This document shows, piece after piece, positions 1-12,624 of a stretch of 64,000 nucleotides of DNA (positions within the stretch are counted from its first letter, which is position 1; every line of letters starts with the position of its first letter). The position numbers were made by a program, and so were the translations under genes. Source of the DNA: Octopus sinensis (taxonomy: Eukaryota); the NCBI RefSeq assembly GCF_006345805.1, contig NC_043006.1, positions 18,848,001 through 18,912,000 of the forward strand, in the 5' to 3' direction. Under the pieces are notes generated by a model that saw nothing but the letters and a program-made list of their open reading frames with translations, was not told where the DNA came from and did not search any database.

Positions 1-300
1 AAATGTCAAACTTTGCTGGCTTTTATATACTTCTAGTTAAATATTAATCACAATGTTAATCGCATGTGCTTATACGCAAGTATTGCCTCTCTTAGACTTG
101 TCTGTTTTATTGGAAATGAAAAGTGAATTTCCGATGCCAAAACGTATTTGAGAAACTGAACGGAAACGATTTTAAATGCAAATTAGAATTGCTTTCAAGA
201 TTCCATCTTTAAAAATTCATGAAAATTATAAAAGCTGTATAAAAAGATTTAATGGAAAATGTTAGGTTATAAAGAAACAACTGCATATTTAAATGTTTGT

Positions 301-596
301 TCCTTCTCTAGCCATGCCTGGCTCATAAGGGCCGATTTCCCGGTTTCATTGACGTATAGGTTCCCCACCTGGTCGGGACGCCGGTCCGTCGCAGGTGAAC
401 TGCTGGATGCAGAAGGAAAGAGTGAGAGAAAGTTGTATCGAAAGAGTAAGCAGAAGTTCGCCATTACCTTCTACCGGAGCAGCATGGAGCTTATGTGTTT
501 TGCTCATAAACACACGCATCGCCTGGTCTGAGATTCGAACCCACGATCCCTCGACCGCGAGTTCGCTGCTCTAATCACTAGGCCATGTACCTCCAC
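301..596 (-). mobile_element. tRNA-derived SINE, family-B head with a distinct 3' tail (tail variant 3)
   Basis: Minus strand starts gtggaggtacatggcctagtgattagagc (A-box) ... ggttcgaatctc (B-box); body matches the family-B copies at 22.3, 43.4 and 55.4 kb, then diverges into a cctgcgacggaccggcgtcccgacc...gaaaccgggaaatcggcc tail. Confidence 0.75.
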
Positions 597-617
597 TGCA
601 TATTTAATTACTGATTC

Positions 618-760
618 CAAATGTTGGCACATGGCAAGCAATTTCGGAGGCGGAGGCGGTAAGTGGACTACATCGACCCCAGTATTCAACTGGTATTTAT
701 TTTCTTGACTCCGAATTGACCTCAGCGGAATTTGAACTAAGAACGTAAAGACGGAAGATG
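618..760 (-). mobile_element. diverged family-C SINE fragment
   Basis: atcgaccccagt...ggtatttat...gacctcagcggaatttgaactaagaacgtaa matches the family-C copies at 20.6, 21.6 and 26.4 kb. Confidence 0.65.
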
Positions 761-789
761 CATATGTAACTATGCAAGTGATTCACACA

Positions 790-1110
790 GAGTATGGCTG
801 AATGGATAAGAATATTGCTTCGCAAGTACCATGTCAAGGGTTCTATTCCACTATGTAGCACCTTGACCATAGGAAAATGCCAATTTCTAAGTCTCGTTTA
901 AGTTGAAACATTGTGAGTGAGATTCGGTAGATGCTAGCTATATAGAATCTATTCAGGTGAATTCTACATTTTATTCATAAGTTTACTGTGTCAAACTGGG
1001 AATAAGGTTAAGGGTACACGTATCTATGGTATACTCAGCTACTTAATTCTGGAGCCAATAATTCAGTTACTCGGACAACTGAATCCTCATCGTCGGAAGA
1101 TGGAAATACT
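790..1110 (+). mobile_element. old diverged SINE, A-like head joined to a B-type tail
   Basis: tatggctgaatggataag...ggttctattccactatgtagcaccttg resembles the family-A head; aagggtacacgtatctatgg...cctcatcgtcg resembles the family-B tail. Confidence 0.5.
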
Positions 1111-1252
1111 CTACTACCCCTACCACATAGCTGATCTTTTCTCTTCATCTTTTAATTATTAATAATTTTTAAACAACAGCATTGTTGTTCTCTTGCTTCT
1201 GTAATATATTTCAGGGTATTGTATAGAATAAAATTTTAAGAAACACATCATA

Positions 1253-1657
1253 GGCGCAGGAGTGGCTGTGTGATAAGTAGCTTGCTAACCAACCACATGG
1301 TTCCGGGTTCAGTCCCACTGCGTGGCATCTTGGGCAAGTGTCTTCTGCTATAGCCCCGGGCCGACCAATGCCTTGTGAGTGGATTTGGTAGGCAGAAACT
1401 GAAAGAAGCCTGTCGTATATATGTATATATATATGTATGTATGTGTAATTGTGTGTCTTTGTTTATCCCCCTAGCATTGCTTGACAACCGATGCTGGTGT
1501 GTTTACGTCCCCGTCACCTAGCGGTTCGGCAAAAGAGACCGATAGAATAAGTACTGGGCTTACAAAGAATAAGTCCCGGGGTCGATTTGCTCGACTAAAG
1601 GCGGTGCTCCAGCATGGCCGCAGTCAAATGACTGAAACAAGTAAAAGAGTAAAGAGA
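1253..1657 (+). mobile_element. family-A tRNA-derived SINE, full length
   Basis: ggcgcaggagtggctgtgtgataag (A-box), ggttcagtccc (B-box-like), internal (TA)/(TG) tract, tail gactgaaacaagtaaaagagtaaagag. Confidence 0.9.
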
Positions 1658-1693
1658 GTATGTAAACATATTTAAATTCATAAATAAATATAT

Positions 1694-2746
1694 TGTTATG
1701 GTTCGGCTGGTGCAGTATTTATTGACCCACTTTGTGAATGAGCGGCGCCTGCAAGTCTGGAATAAAAAGCTACAGCCCTTTGTTCACTGGAAGAGTAATG
1801 GCTTTTGGAGGGACCTTTGGCCTTGTGCCAGTCGATTAGGGATCAGAGAGATGTGAGGGCCGAGAAAGACAGAGTAAGGGATCTGAGAGCAGATAGAGAG
1901 GATATTAGAGCTAAGAGAGGGATTGGGGGTAGTGATAGAGTAAGAGGTTTTTAGACAGTCGGTATTCGGTCGTCAAAGCGGACAGTCGTGATTTGGAAGT
2001 GAAAGCGAGCAGTTGGAATTTTAGGAGCGAGGATTTGGGAATTCGGGGCAAGAGTTTTGCAAGTTGGAGAGAGGAACTACAATATGGGACACTGGCTATT
2101 CTAATTAGGAATTAAGGTACGTGAATTGTGTATTGATATGTGAAGAAAAAGAAGGAAAAAGAATTGATGTATTGAACAGTGAAAAGAAATGAGACAGTAA
2201 AAAGGAATTTGAAAAGAACAATGTGAAATGTGTAAGGACATTGTGTACAGTGTTGTGATTTGAACATTGCATAATGAACATTGAACTGTTAGGCCTGTAA
2301 TGTCCTTTGAACTGTATATGACTTGTTGATGTGTTTTGAAATAGAACTGTGTCTTCGGACGTGTACCTTTGAAATGCTGATGTATTGACCTTGATGTGTT
2401 GTTACCGGACGGTTATATTGTTACTTGCATGTTTAAATGCTTTGATCTGTGGTATATCTGTATGATGCATTGAGTTGTCACGTGCATGTCCTCTTTTAAA
2501 TGTATCTGAAATGTGTTTGATGTTGTAACAATTGATTGTCATATAAACTAGTTGTTAAATGTAAGCCAGTTGTGCCTTGCCTCTTTGTGTCTCTCTCGAT
2601 TGCCTCTGTGCTGCTGCTGCTGAATTGTTGTTGTATCTCTCTCTCCTCTCCGACGAGTTTCCGTGGCGGAGATTCGCTGCATCGAACGGGCCTGGGTGTG
2701 AGGGATTCCGTAATAGTTCGAATCGGAGGTCCCACCCTTCGTAGCA
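1694..2746 (-). mobile_element. probable solo LTR (about 1.05 kb)
   Basis: Ends TGTTATG...CGTAGCA (TG..CA, imperfect terminal inverted repeat) with atatat on both flanks (1688-1693, 2747-2752); AATAAA about 30 nt from the minus-strand 3' end; higher GC than the flanks. Confidence 0.6.
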
Positions 2747-4046
2747 ATATATTAGGTAAGTGACACATTATGAAAAATGCCTTATAAATATTTGAAATTA
2801 GCCGGAGAAAATATCTATTAAATAAGATTTTTTATCTTAAAATAGCTCTAAATTTTCCTAATTGAGGAACTTTGGAAATTTTCCAAAAAAATAAATCCTT
2901 AATATCTTAATGAATGTGATAATTCTCGGTAGGCATAATTACTTATAAATCCATTTATTCACCTAAGCCTCCCTTTCTGTTCCCCCTAAATACGACACTC
3001 CTTTCCACAGAACAAAAGTGATGTCTTTTACGATTGTTAGAATGATTTAGATGTTATTGGTGCTTTCTACATATTTAAAATTTCGTATCAAAACGAGATC
3101 CCGAATGTTTTCAAAAAAGACCTTCATGTGAGTGTTTTTTTCCTTTACTATTGGTGACGGTTGTCGTTTAAGGAGAATACAATGTCGATAGTTCTATGTT
3201 CCCTATGATTTGCATATGTTGTATATGCTTTCCGTACTTTACAGTCCTACATTCAAGAAGCACTCTAAAACTATTGGATTCACAAGGCAATTCATTAAGT
3301 AACTGGCCAGACATAGAATAATGGCATCGAGTTTATTTCCTTTCCTTTACTTCGTTATTTCTCTTAACAAAAATACGTGAATAGCTCATATCCACAGTGT
3401 TTTGTTTCTCTGACCTTTACCGATAGATTTAGATTTGTTCGCTAAGAGTTTGTTTTGTTTGCTTTTAGCTAATCAAGTTGATTTTTTTGTTTGTTTTTGT
3501 TTTAAAAGAACATTTAGAAACGTGTCCTGCCACGTATTTCCGATATTACGGTATCACTTGCAGGCATAATCTACTTCAGAAGCAATTTAATTTTTGCATT
3601 TTTCTTCTTCAAATTTATAATTTGTATATACAATTCGTTATATAGAATTCTTGTCAAATAGAATTCTATTCCCTCACCTCAATTTTTAAATAAAGTTTAC
3701 ATTTTAGTAGAATTTCTGTCCCCAACTCAATTATAATCCAAACCGTCCATATTACCTTGTTTAAATATTGACAATGAATTTCTTAACATTTTCTACCGTT
3801 TTCAAGGAAGGTTTATTTGATGTGCATCGAAGAATGAAGGGCGGCAAAAATAAATATTAAAATATGAAAAAGAATAATATCGATCTGAATATTGCCTATA
3901 AAACTGTGTATTTGAATAAATGTATTGCAATAAATATAAATGTATCTACAACAACGTATTTGTATTGTGGGCATAAGATTATTTCACTCATTCTTTTCTT
4001 ATGTATTTTAATATTTGTGTATGGAGATGTACTCTTTTGTAGAGAC

Positions 4047-4323
4047 GCATGTATAAAGTTTTACAATTCATACTTAAATGCCTTCACTTTGGCGCGCTGA
4101 GATTGGAAATTATTTTGCAGTTAAGGAACTACAGCAGTAAATTGCTTTTAATTGACTAATATCAATTTCTACCCTTATTTAATTTTAAATATAAAGTGTT
4201 CTCTAACCGGTAAATTTACTACTGTAGTTCATTAACTGCAGAGTAGTTTCCAATCTCAGCGCGCCAAAGTGAAGGCATTTGACAAGATACATTTAAATAT
4301 AACTTGTAGAAATTTATACATGC
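4047..4323. mobile_element. fold-back / MITE-like element with about 100-bp imperfect inverted arms
   Basis: aaatgccttcactttggcgcgctgagattggaaa vs tttccaatctcagcgcgccaaagtgaaggcattt; outer ends gcatgtataaa / tttatacatgc. Confidence 0.7.
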
Positions 4324-4587
4324 TGGATTTCGGTTGAGCGTTCTGTGTCTAGTTCTGGAAATTGTGTTTTGTAAACGACAGACTATGCTGACGATCTTGC
4401 AGGTATTTGCGTGTCCATATACGTAAATATTAAGAAGTGAAACCAATGGTACATAGGTAACGGTTTATTATTTCGTATATTTTCATTTGCCTTACCTATT
4501 TTTACATTTTAAATCTCTCTCTCTCTCTTTCACTTGATATATATATATATATATATATATATACTTATATTTATATAAACATACATA

Positions 4588-4975
4588 GGCGCAGGAGTGG
4601 ATGTGTGGTAAGAAGCTTGTTTCCCAACGACATGGTTCCGGGTTCAGTCCCACAGCGTGGCACCTTGGGCAATGCCTTCTACTACAGTCTCGGGCCGCCC
4701 AAAACTTTATGAGTGGATTGATTGATGGAAACTGAAAGAAGCCTGTCGAATATATGTATATATTTTTGCCTGCCTGCGTTGTCCCCCAACCATCGCTTGA
4801 CAACCTATGTTGGCACGTTTACCTCGCGGCAAATTAGCAGTTCGGCAAAAGCGACTAATAGAAAAGGTGCTAGGTTTACAAAGAATAAGTCCTGGGGCCG
4901 ATTTCTTCGACTAAAGTGGGTATTCCGGCGTGACCGCGGCAAAATGATTGAAACAAGTAAAGGAATAAAAGAATA
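4588..4975 (+). mobile_element. family-A SINE, diverged
   Basis: Same head, body and tail as 1253-1657 with many substitutions. Confidence 0.85.
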
Positions 4976-5354
4976 TATGAATTATTAATGTGTTATATAT
5001 ATCCTTGCTATTATGCAAAAGTGTTGTAAATCCAAAACGTTGCTTTTCAGAAAATGAAAAATATATCCACCATTCTATAACAAAAGCGTTGTACTCTACT
5101 TTCATAATTTCTGATGTCTTGGCATCTGAAGCAGCTGGAGATATGATAATTTGGCCAAAAGAACTGGCTATTACAAGCAAAAATGGATACTGTAAAATGA
5201 GCATTTGGCCAAATTTGGACATATGACAGTTAAACATAATAGCAAAGATATATATATATATATATATTTAATAGAGGATAAAATTTTTTCGAAAAAAAAT
5301 TTTTATCAATGGCCAGCATATTAAAAAATACCTTTAAAGGTTAAATTTATAAAC

Positions 5355-5555
5355 AACTTATAAATGAGGGCAAACGTAAAAAAAAAATTCTAATGCCAAA
5401 TATGCCGAAATTAGACACATTGTCCGTTACTATTATAATTTTTCACTATACGCACGCTACTCCAAAAAAGGTCGACAGAAATTTCTAATTTTTAGAAATT
5501 TCTGTCGACTTTTTGGCATTAGAAATTTTTTTTCGTTTGCCCTCATTTATAAGTT
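5355..5555. repeat. palindrome centred at 5490, with an extra roughly 60-bp segment in the left arm
   Basis: aacttataaatgagggcaaacg / cgtttgccctcatttataagtt and gtcgacagaaatttctaa-ttt-ttagaaatttctgtcgac. Confidence 0.85.
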
Positions 5556-7171
5556 ATATATATGACGAACCAGGAGAATGAGTGCTGAACACCGCATTGG
5601 TGGATAGAATTTCTTCATGTGTGTATTAAAGCTAACATAGTTTTCAGGTAAAGAAAGAATGTCCTAATATCTTAATTATTCAAGCGGACAACATGGTAGA
5701 ATGGTATTCGTCTCTCTTTTGTTTAAAAACACGAAAGTCCTACATATATACAAATATTAAGGATGTAGTTTCCTCGTTAAAAAAGTCCGGATATCAAATA
5801 TATTGAAGGAAAGAAGGTTCCGCAATATCTATGGATAAAATGTCCAATAATGTGTACAGTTAATAAAAGAAAATGGAGAAGAAATACAGTGGATACTTGG
5901 TTAATTTTATTTGTATCACGATGAAAAAGGTAATGCATACAAGATTTGAGATTTACAGGAAGAGAATAAACTAAATAAACTTAGCATAAAAGAATCCTAC
6001 ATACGTTTCAATCCGGTCATAGGTTTCGATCGACACCATTCAAACGATGTTATATGCAAAATAACCCCATATTATGTCCTGATATCGTCAGGGAGGATGT
6101 TTATTATATGGTGGTGAGCAACGAAATAACTAAGATGAGTACCATATTTTCAAATATTTAAATAATAATCTATTAGGACGCCCAGCTTGCGTGGGGATAT
6201 ATTATCTAATGCAATCTTGCTAAAACACTATAATGTATTTGAAATATAGACTTATATATGTTAAGGATCATAAAGCAGTCATTTAATTAGAATATGGTTA
6301 GTTAAGTGCACTGAAGACAAATTGAGATATAAAATAAATTTTAGAGGATGTAAAAATTAACAAATGATTTGAGAAATAAAAGAAGAAATAATTCGATATT
6401 ATATACTAAAATAACTACTGATTGTTCAGAATTCCAATGTACTGGCGGACACATTCCATTATTCAGAGAAAAGTTATTGTTTACATACTTCTGAGAGGAA
6501 TTCAAATATTTATGAGAAAAAAATTAAGTGTATAGATTTTATGAGGGGGTTAAAAATAACGAAATGTTACAAAATGGGAGAAAAGTGAGAGAAGAAACAT
6601 ATAATTCTGACATGAGGTATAAAATACAAAAAAAATCCATTAAGAAATAAAAGAGAAAAAAGAGGGGAAAAAAATTTTATATTGTATACTAAGATATTAT
6701 TTCAGAATATAATTCGGAGAAAAGTTATAATAACAATTATTATTTAGAATTTCAGTGGACTAAGTTGTACTTTCCATTATTCAAAGAAAGAGTATTAGGT
6801 ATAGGAAAAATTATAGTGCACTTGTGATAGGAATTTAAATTTTCTTGCGAAAAAATTTTAAAATATAACGTAGTTTGTGATCCGTTAGATTTTTCTAAAG
6901 TATAATTGTAATAAATATCAATCTCCCTTTGTTTTTCCCCCGAGGATTTTATTATCATGAAAAAGATATCATTTGTTTTACTGGATAATTATATTCATAA
7001 GATTTGTGGATAATATGAATACACAGACTTGGAGTTTTATCGGCGCATATGTAGATTTATTCTGTTCATGTAAATCTCAAATCTTATATGTATCACATTT
7101 TTCATCATGATACAAATACAATTAACCAAGTATCCACTATATTTCTTCTTCATTTTCTTTTATTAACTATA

Positions 7172-7567
7172 CTCTTTTACTCTTTTACTTGTTTCAGTCA
7201 TTTTGACTGCGGCCATGCTGGAGCACCGCCTTTAGTCGAGCAAATCGACCCCGGGACTTATTCTTTGTAAGCCCAGTACTTATTCTATCGGTCTCTTTTG
7301 CCGAACCGCTAAGTGACGGGGACGTAAACACACCAGCATCGGTTGTCAAGCAATGCTAGGGGGACAAACACACACACACACACATACATATATATACATA
7401 TATACGACAGGCTTCTTTCAGTTTCCGTCTACCAAATCCACTCACAAGGCATTGGTCGGCCCGGGGCTATAGCAGAAGACACTTGCCCAAGATGCCACGC
7501 AGTGGGACTGAACCCGGAACCATGTAGTTGGTTAGCAAGCTACTTACCACACAGCCACTCCTGCGCC
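7172..7567 (-). mobile_element. family-A SINE
   Basis: Reverse complement of the family-A consensus, ending ...cacagccactcctgcgcc. Confidence 0.9.
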
Positions 7568-8086
<519 letters not shown>

Positions 8087-8303
8087 AAAGTCACGCTATT
8101 CAACACACATTATTTGTGTGAGTGTATAATTTTATTAAGAAGTCGGTGGATACTGAGTTAATGAATTATATGTGTAATTCATGAACTATTGTTTATTGTA
8201 CCTAACTTTATTCTTATGTTCCGTTCATACTACTTCTTCACACCTTCTCATACTCCTTGATTTTTTTGCCTCATATATACTCATGAATAAGATGAATTTA
8301 AGG

Positions 8304-8351
8304 TAATTTACCTACAATATTTACCTACAATTTACCTACAATTTACCTACA
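8304..8351. repeat. short tandem repeat of aatttacctac, about 4 copies
   Basis: aatttacctacaatatttacctacaatttacctacaatttacctac. Confidence 0.8.
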
Positions 8352-8469
8352 CATGCACTCGGACAAGTAAATGAAAATTTCATCGTATTGTCCTAGTCCA
8401 CAAAGAGTTTCATATCAATGTAATTTAAAGAAAATTCATGTCAGGAGATTTTAGAAATTTAAGAAAGTT

Positions 8470-9088
8470 TTTAGTAAATTTTACCCCAAAAGTTTTAGAA
8501 AATTTTCCCCAAAATTTTTAGAAAATTTTCACCCAAAATTTTCTCCTGAAATTTTTCGAAAATTTTCCTTAAAAATTTTTCGAAAAAGTTTTTAGAAAAT
8601 TTTACCCAAAAATTTTTAGAAAATTTTCACCGAAAGTTTTACCCAAAATTTTTTCGAAAATTTTCACCAAAAATTTTTACTAAAAATTTTTCGAAAATTT
8701 GACCCAAATATTTTTCGAAAATTTTCACCGAAAGTTTGCACAGAAAATTTTACCCAAAAATTTTTAGAAAATTTTCACCGAAAATTTTCACCAACAATTT
8801 TTCGAAAATTTTTGCCGAAAATTTTACCCAAAAAGTTCTCGAAAGTTTTCACCGAAACTTTTCTCCAAAAATTTTTCAAAAGTTTTCACCGAAAATTTTC
8901 TCCAAAAATTTTTAGAAAGTTTTCACCGAAAATTTTCACCAACAATTTTTCGAAAATTTTTGCCGAAAATTTTACCCAAAAATTTTTTGAAAATTTTCCC
9001 CAAGAACTTTTCGAGAAAGTTTTTAGAAAATTTTACCCCAAAAGTTTTCGAAAATTTTACCCCAAAAGTTTTCGAAAATTTTACCCAG
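8470..9088. repeat. A4T4-based minisatellite-like array
   Basis: Continuous permutations of gaaaattttc, ttttcgaaaa, cccaaaa and caccgaaa, with A-tracts roughly every 11-12 nt. Confidence 0.9.
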
Positions 9089-9742
9089 ATGTAATATTTT
9101 GAATTCGCCTTAAATGGTCCTTTTACATACTGAACACTTGGTGAAATTGATTAATTAATTAATTTTACCCTCAATTGTTGATATTATAATTCATTTCTCT
9201 CGGTCATACTGCCTCGGTTCTCGCGGTTAAAATATAATGTTTTCTTGATAGACCACGTGGGTGGAATGGGGAGTGCAGAATTTTACGCCTGCGCATTTTG
9301 AATTTGTTGACACTGTTAGTTGGAGTGGTTCATCTGAAGCGACAAGTTCGATGATAGGTAAAGTTCCTGCTTTTTAGTGTTTCCAAATCCAAATTAAGAA
9401 ACTTTGAGCTGACGAAAGAAATGCTGATTTTATTTGGCTAATCTTGAAACGTTGACGTACTCAAACGATCTACGTACTTGTGATATTTTTCTGTATTTAC
9501 CCCCAAACCTTCGTGAGCTGTCTGGAGTAAGCATTATCTGAGAGAAATTTTCTTTAAGTAGTAGAATGCTAAGAAAAATTTTTTTGGGCTGCTATTTCTA
9601 CTAAGTTCAGTATGTGGCAAAGCAATTTATTTTACTAAGCCCTAATTATATAATGTAATATTTTGAATTCGCCTTAAATGGTCCTTTTACATACTGAACA
9701 CTTGGTGAAATTGATTAATTAATTAATTTTACCCTCAATTGT

Positions 9743-9748
<6 letters not shown>
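9089..9748. repeat. 96-bp identical direct repeats (9089-9184, 9653-9748) flanking a 468-bp segment
   Basis: atgtaatattttgaattcgccttaaatggtcc...ccctcaattgttgatat occurs twice with no difference that I can see. Confidence 0.9.
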
Positions 9749-9799
<51 letters not shown>

Positions 9800-9886
9800 A
9801 TATATATATATATTATATGTATGTATATATATGTATATATATGTATATATATGTATATATATGTATATATTATATATATATATAAT

Positions 9887-9950
<64 letters not shown>

Positions 9951-10034
9951 AATTCACAGCCTACATTCCTACAGAGTCTATCCAATCCACTTACATTGCA
10001 GAATACTTAACTGAAACACTTTGTTTCTTGGTTA

Positions 10035-10426
10035 GAAGAGACTGTGTGGTAGGTAGCTTCTTTTCGAACCACAAGGTTCCGGGTTCAGTCCCACTGCGTG
10101 GCGCCTGGGGCAAGTGTCTTCTACTATATCCTCGGGCCGACCAAAGACTTATGAGTGGATTTGGTAGATGGAAACTGAAAGAAGCCCGGCGTATATATGT
10201 ATATATATATATATATATGCGTGTATATATGCTTGTGTGTCTGTGTTTGTCCGCCCCAACATCGCTTGACAACCGATGCTGGTGTGTTTACGTCCCCGTA
10301 ACTTAGCGGTTCGGCAAAAGAAACCGATAGAGAAATTCTAGGCTTACAAAGCATAATTGTCGATTTGCTCGACTAAAGTCGGTGCTCCAGCATGGATACA
10401 GTCAAATGAGTGAAAAAAGTAAAAGA
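10035..10426 (+). mobile_element. family-A SINE, diverged, 5' end eroded
   Basis: ctgtgtggtaggtagc...ggttcagtcccactgcgtgg...cagtcaaatgagtgaaaaaagtaaaag. Confidence 0.85.
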
Positions 10427-10448
10427 TATGTGTATGTATATATATATT

Positions 10449-10850
10449 ACTCTTCACTCTTTTACTTGTTTCAGTCATTTGACTGCGGCCATGCTGGATC
10501 ACCGCCTTTAATCGAGCAACTCGACCCCGGAACTTGTTCTTTTGTAAGCCCAGTACTTATTCTATCGGTCTCTCTTGCCGAACCGCTAAGTAACGGGGAC
10601 ATAAACACACCAGCATCGGTTGTCAAGCAATGCTAGTGGGACAAACACAGACACACAAACACACACACGCATATATATATATATATACGACGGGCTTCTT
10701 TCAGTTTCTGTCTACCAAATCCACTCACAAGGCTTTGGTCAGCCCAAGGCTATAGTAGAAGACGCTTGCCCAAGGTGCCACACAGTGGGACCGAACTCGG
10801 AACCATGTGGTTGGTAAACAAACTACTTACCACAGAGCCACTCCTGCGCC
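10449..10850 (-). mobile_element. family-A SINE, tail-to-tail with the previous copy
   Basis: Reverse complement of family A, ending ccactcctgcgcc at 10850. Confidence 0.9.
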
Positions 10851-10934
10851 TATATAAATATCAGTAGATAGTCATGTAGATAGATCTACGTACGTATATC
10901 CATATAAGCATTTATATATACAGAGAAATATTTA

Positions 10935-10976
<42 letters not shown>

Positions 10977-11802
10977 ATAAAAATATATATATATATATAC
11001 ATATATATATAATGTATATATATATTATATATGCATATATGCATATATATATATATATCCATATATGCATATACATATGCATATATATATATATATATAT
11101 ATATGTGCATATGTATGTATGCATATATATGTATACCACTATGCGTTTGTACTGACATCCATTTGCACAGCTGCCTCATTCAGTTGTTTTCCTACTGTAC
11201 TCTAAAACTCTTAATATGTTTAGTTCCTTAACTATTCGTTGTTATTGTTGTTCTTTTACTTTAACAACCAAATTTTGAAAATATCCCGGAAGCATTTGTT
11301 TTAAAACTACATCTGAACATTAAGAGTGGAATGTATTAACTTTTGTTTATTTTAAAGACGACGACAGTAAACGTCAAAACACAAACCTATTACGAATCAT
11401 TTTACTGACCACAAACCAATTATCTATCTTGCCAGATATTAGTGACGCATACATTCTTATAGAAACAGACACACATCCCAAAACGGACTCACACACAAAC
11501 ATACACACGACCATATGCACATAACAAATATATATATATATATGTGTGTGTGTGTGTATGTGTGTGAGTATGGATGTATATATGATTGTGTGCATGAATA
11601 CACGAACACACGCACACACACATATATAAGTATATATATACACATACATATCTATATATATATATATATATACATATATTTACAGATAAATTCTTCTATT
11701 TACATAATATTGAGATCTCTTTCTTTCTTTTATCTTACTGTTTTTACCAATATATATTTTGTATGCTAATGTATTAAAAAGGGACAGAAACTACGAAATA
11801 AG

Positions 11803-11862
<60 letters not shown>

Positions 11863-11908
11863 TATAGATATATATATATATATATGATATATATATATAT
11901 AGATATAT

Positions 11909-11978
<70 letters not shown>

Positions 11979-12024
11979 GTATATGATATATGATATATGA
12001 TATATGATATATATATATATATAG

Positions 12025-12081
<57 letters not shown>

Positions 12082-12573
12082 CATGCGTGCATATGCAGAT
12101 ATATACACACATATGTACATCAATATACCTTTGTATAATAATATATATAATATATGACATACGTAAATGTATAAAGTTGATAAGTTTTATAAGTAAACTA
12201 TAGAATATAATGTATAATTCATTAATTATATTAATAGATGTAAATATAAAGTTGAAAAACGTTAGAAGTACAAATGATAATTATAATGATAGATAAGTAT
12301 AAATAAAATTAATACTAATAAAGAGAAAAAGATGTAAATACTATGAATGTATTTATATGCATTATCAAAAAGATATATAAACTATATCATTGAGAGTGTG
12401 TGCATTTTGCGGAAGTGATTATTGTGCACTTAGAATTACTGTAAGTATAATAGTATATGATCTGTAAGATTTTGGTTAATATAGGTAGATTTGTAAGAAA
12501 CACAAAATAAATTTTTAAAATTTAGGGATAAAGAGAAGTAGTTTTTAATATATATATACACACACACACACAC

Positions 12574-12624
<51 letters not shown>

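Noticed and set aside
1253-1330. tRNA-like A/B boxes at SINE heads
   Set aside because: No complete cloverleaf, and they continue into SINE bodies; not called as tRNA genes.
1248-1675. Recurrent ORFs such as MSSNARG.. and [11 protein letters not shown]..
   Set aside because: They recur wherever family-A SINE copies lie; they are chance readings of a non-coding repeat.
4990-5237. Overlapping 78-aa and 108-aa ORFs with a ttttcag acceptor
   Set aside because: No recognisable motif and only a weak donor; indistinguishable from chance.
6425-6495. EFQCTGGHIP resembling an LDL-receptor class A repeat
   Set aside because: Required cysteines and the acidic motif are missing, the frame closes quickly, and there is no good donor.
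8812-9102. 96-aa K/F-rich ORF
   Set aside because: Translation of the AAAATTTT array.
9715-12203. Many ORF-track entries rich in YI/HT/CV/NN repeats (also at 17.2, 24.2, 28.8, 31.5, 39.5, 57.4, 58.5 and 61 kb)
   Set aside because: Translations of (TA)n, (CA)n, (TAA)n and (TACA)n microsatellites, which lack stops in some frames.
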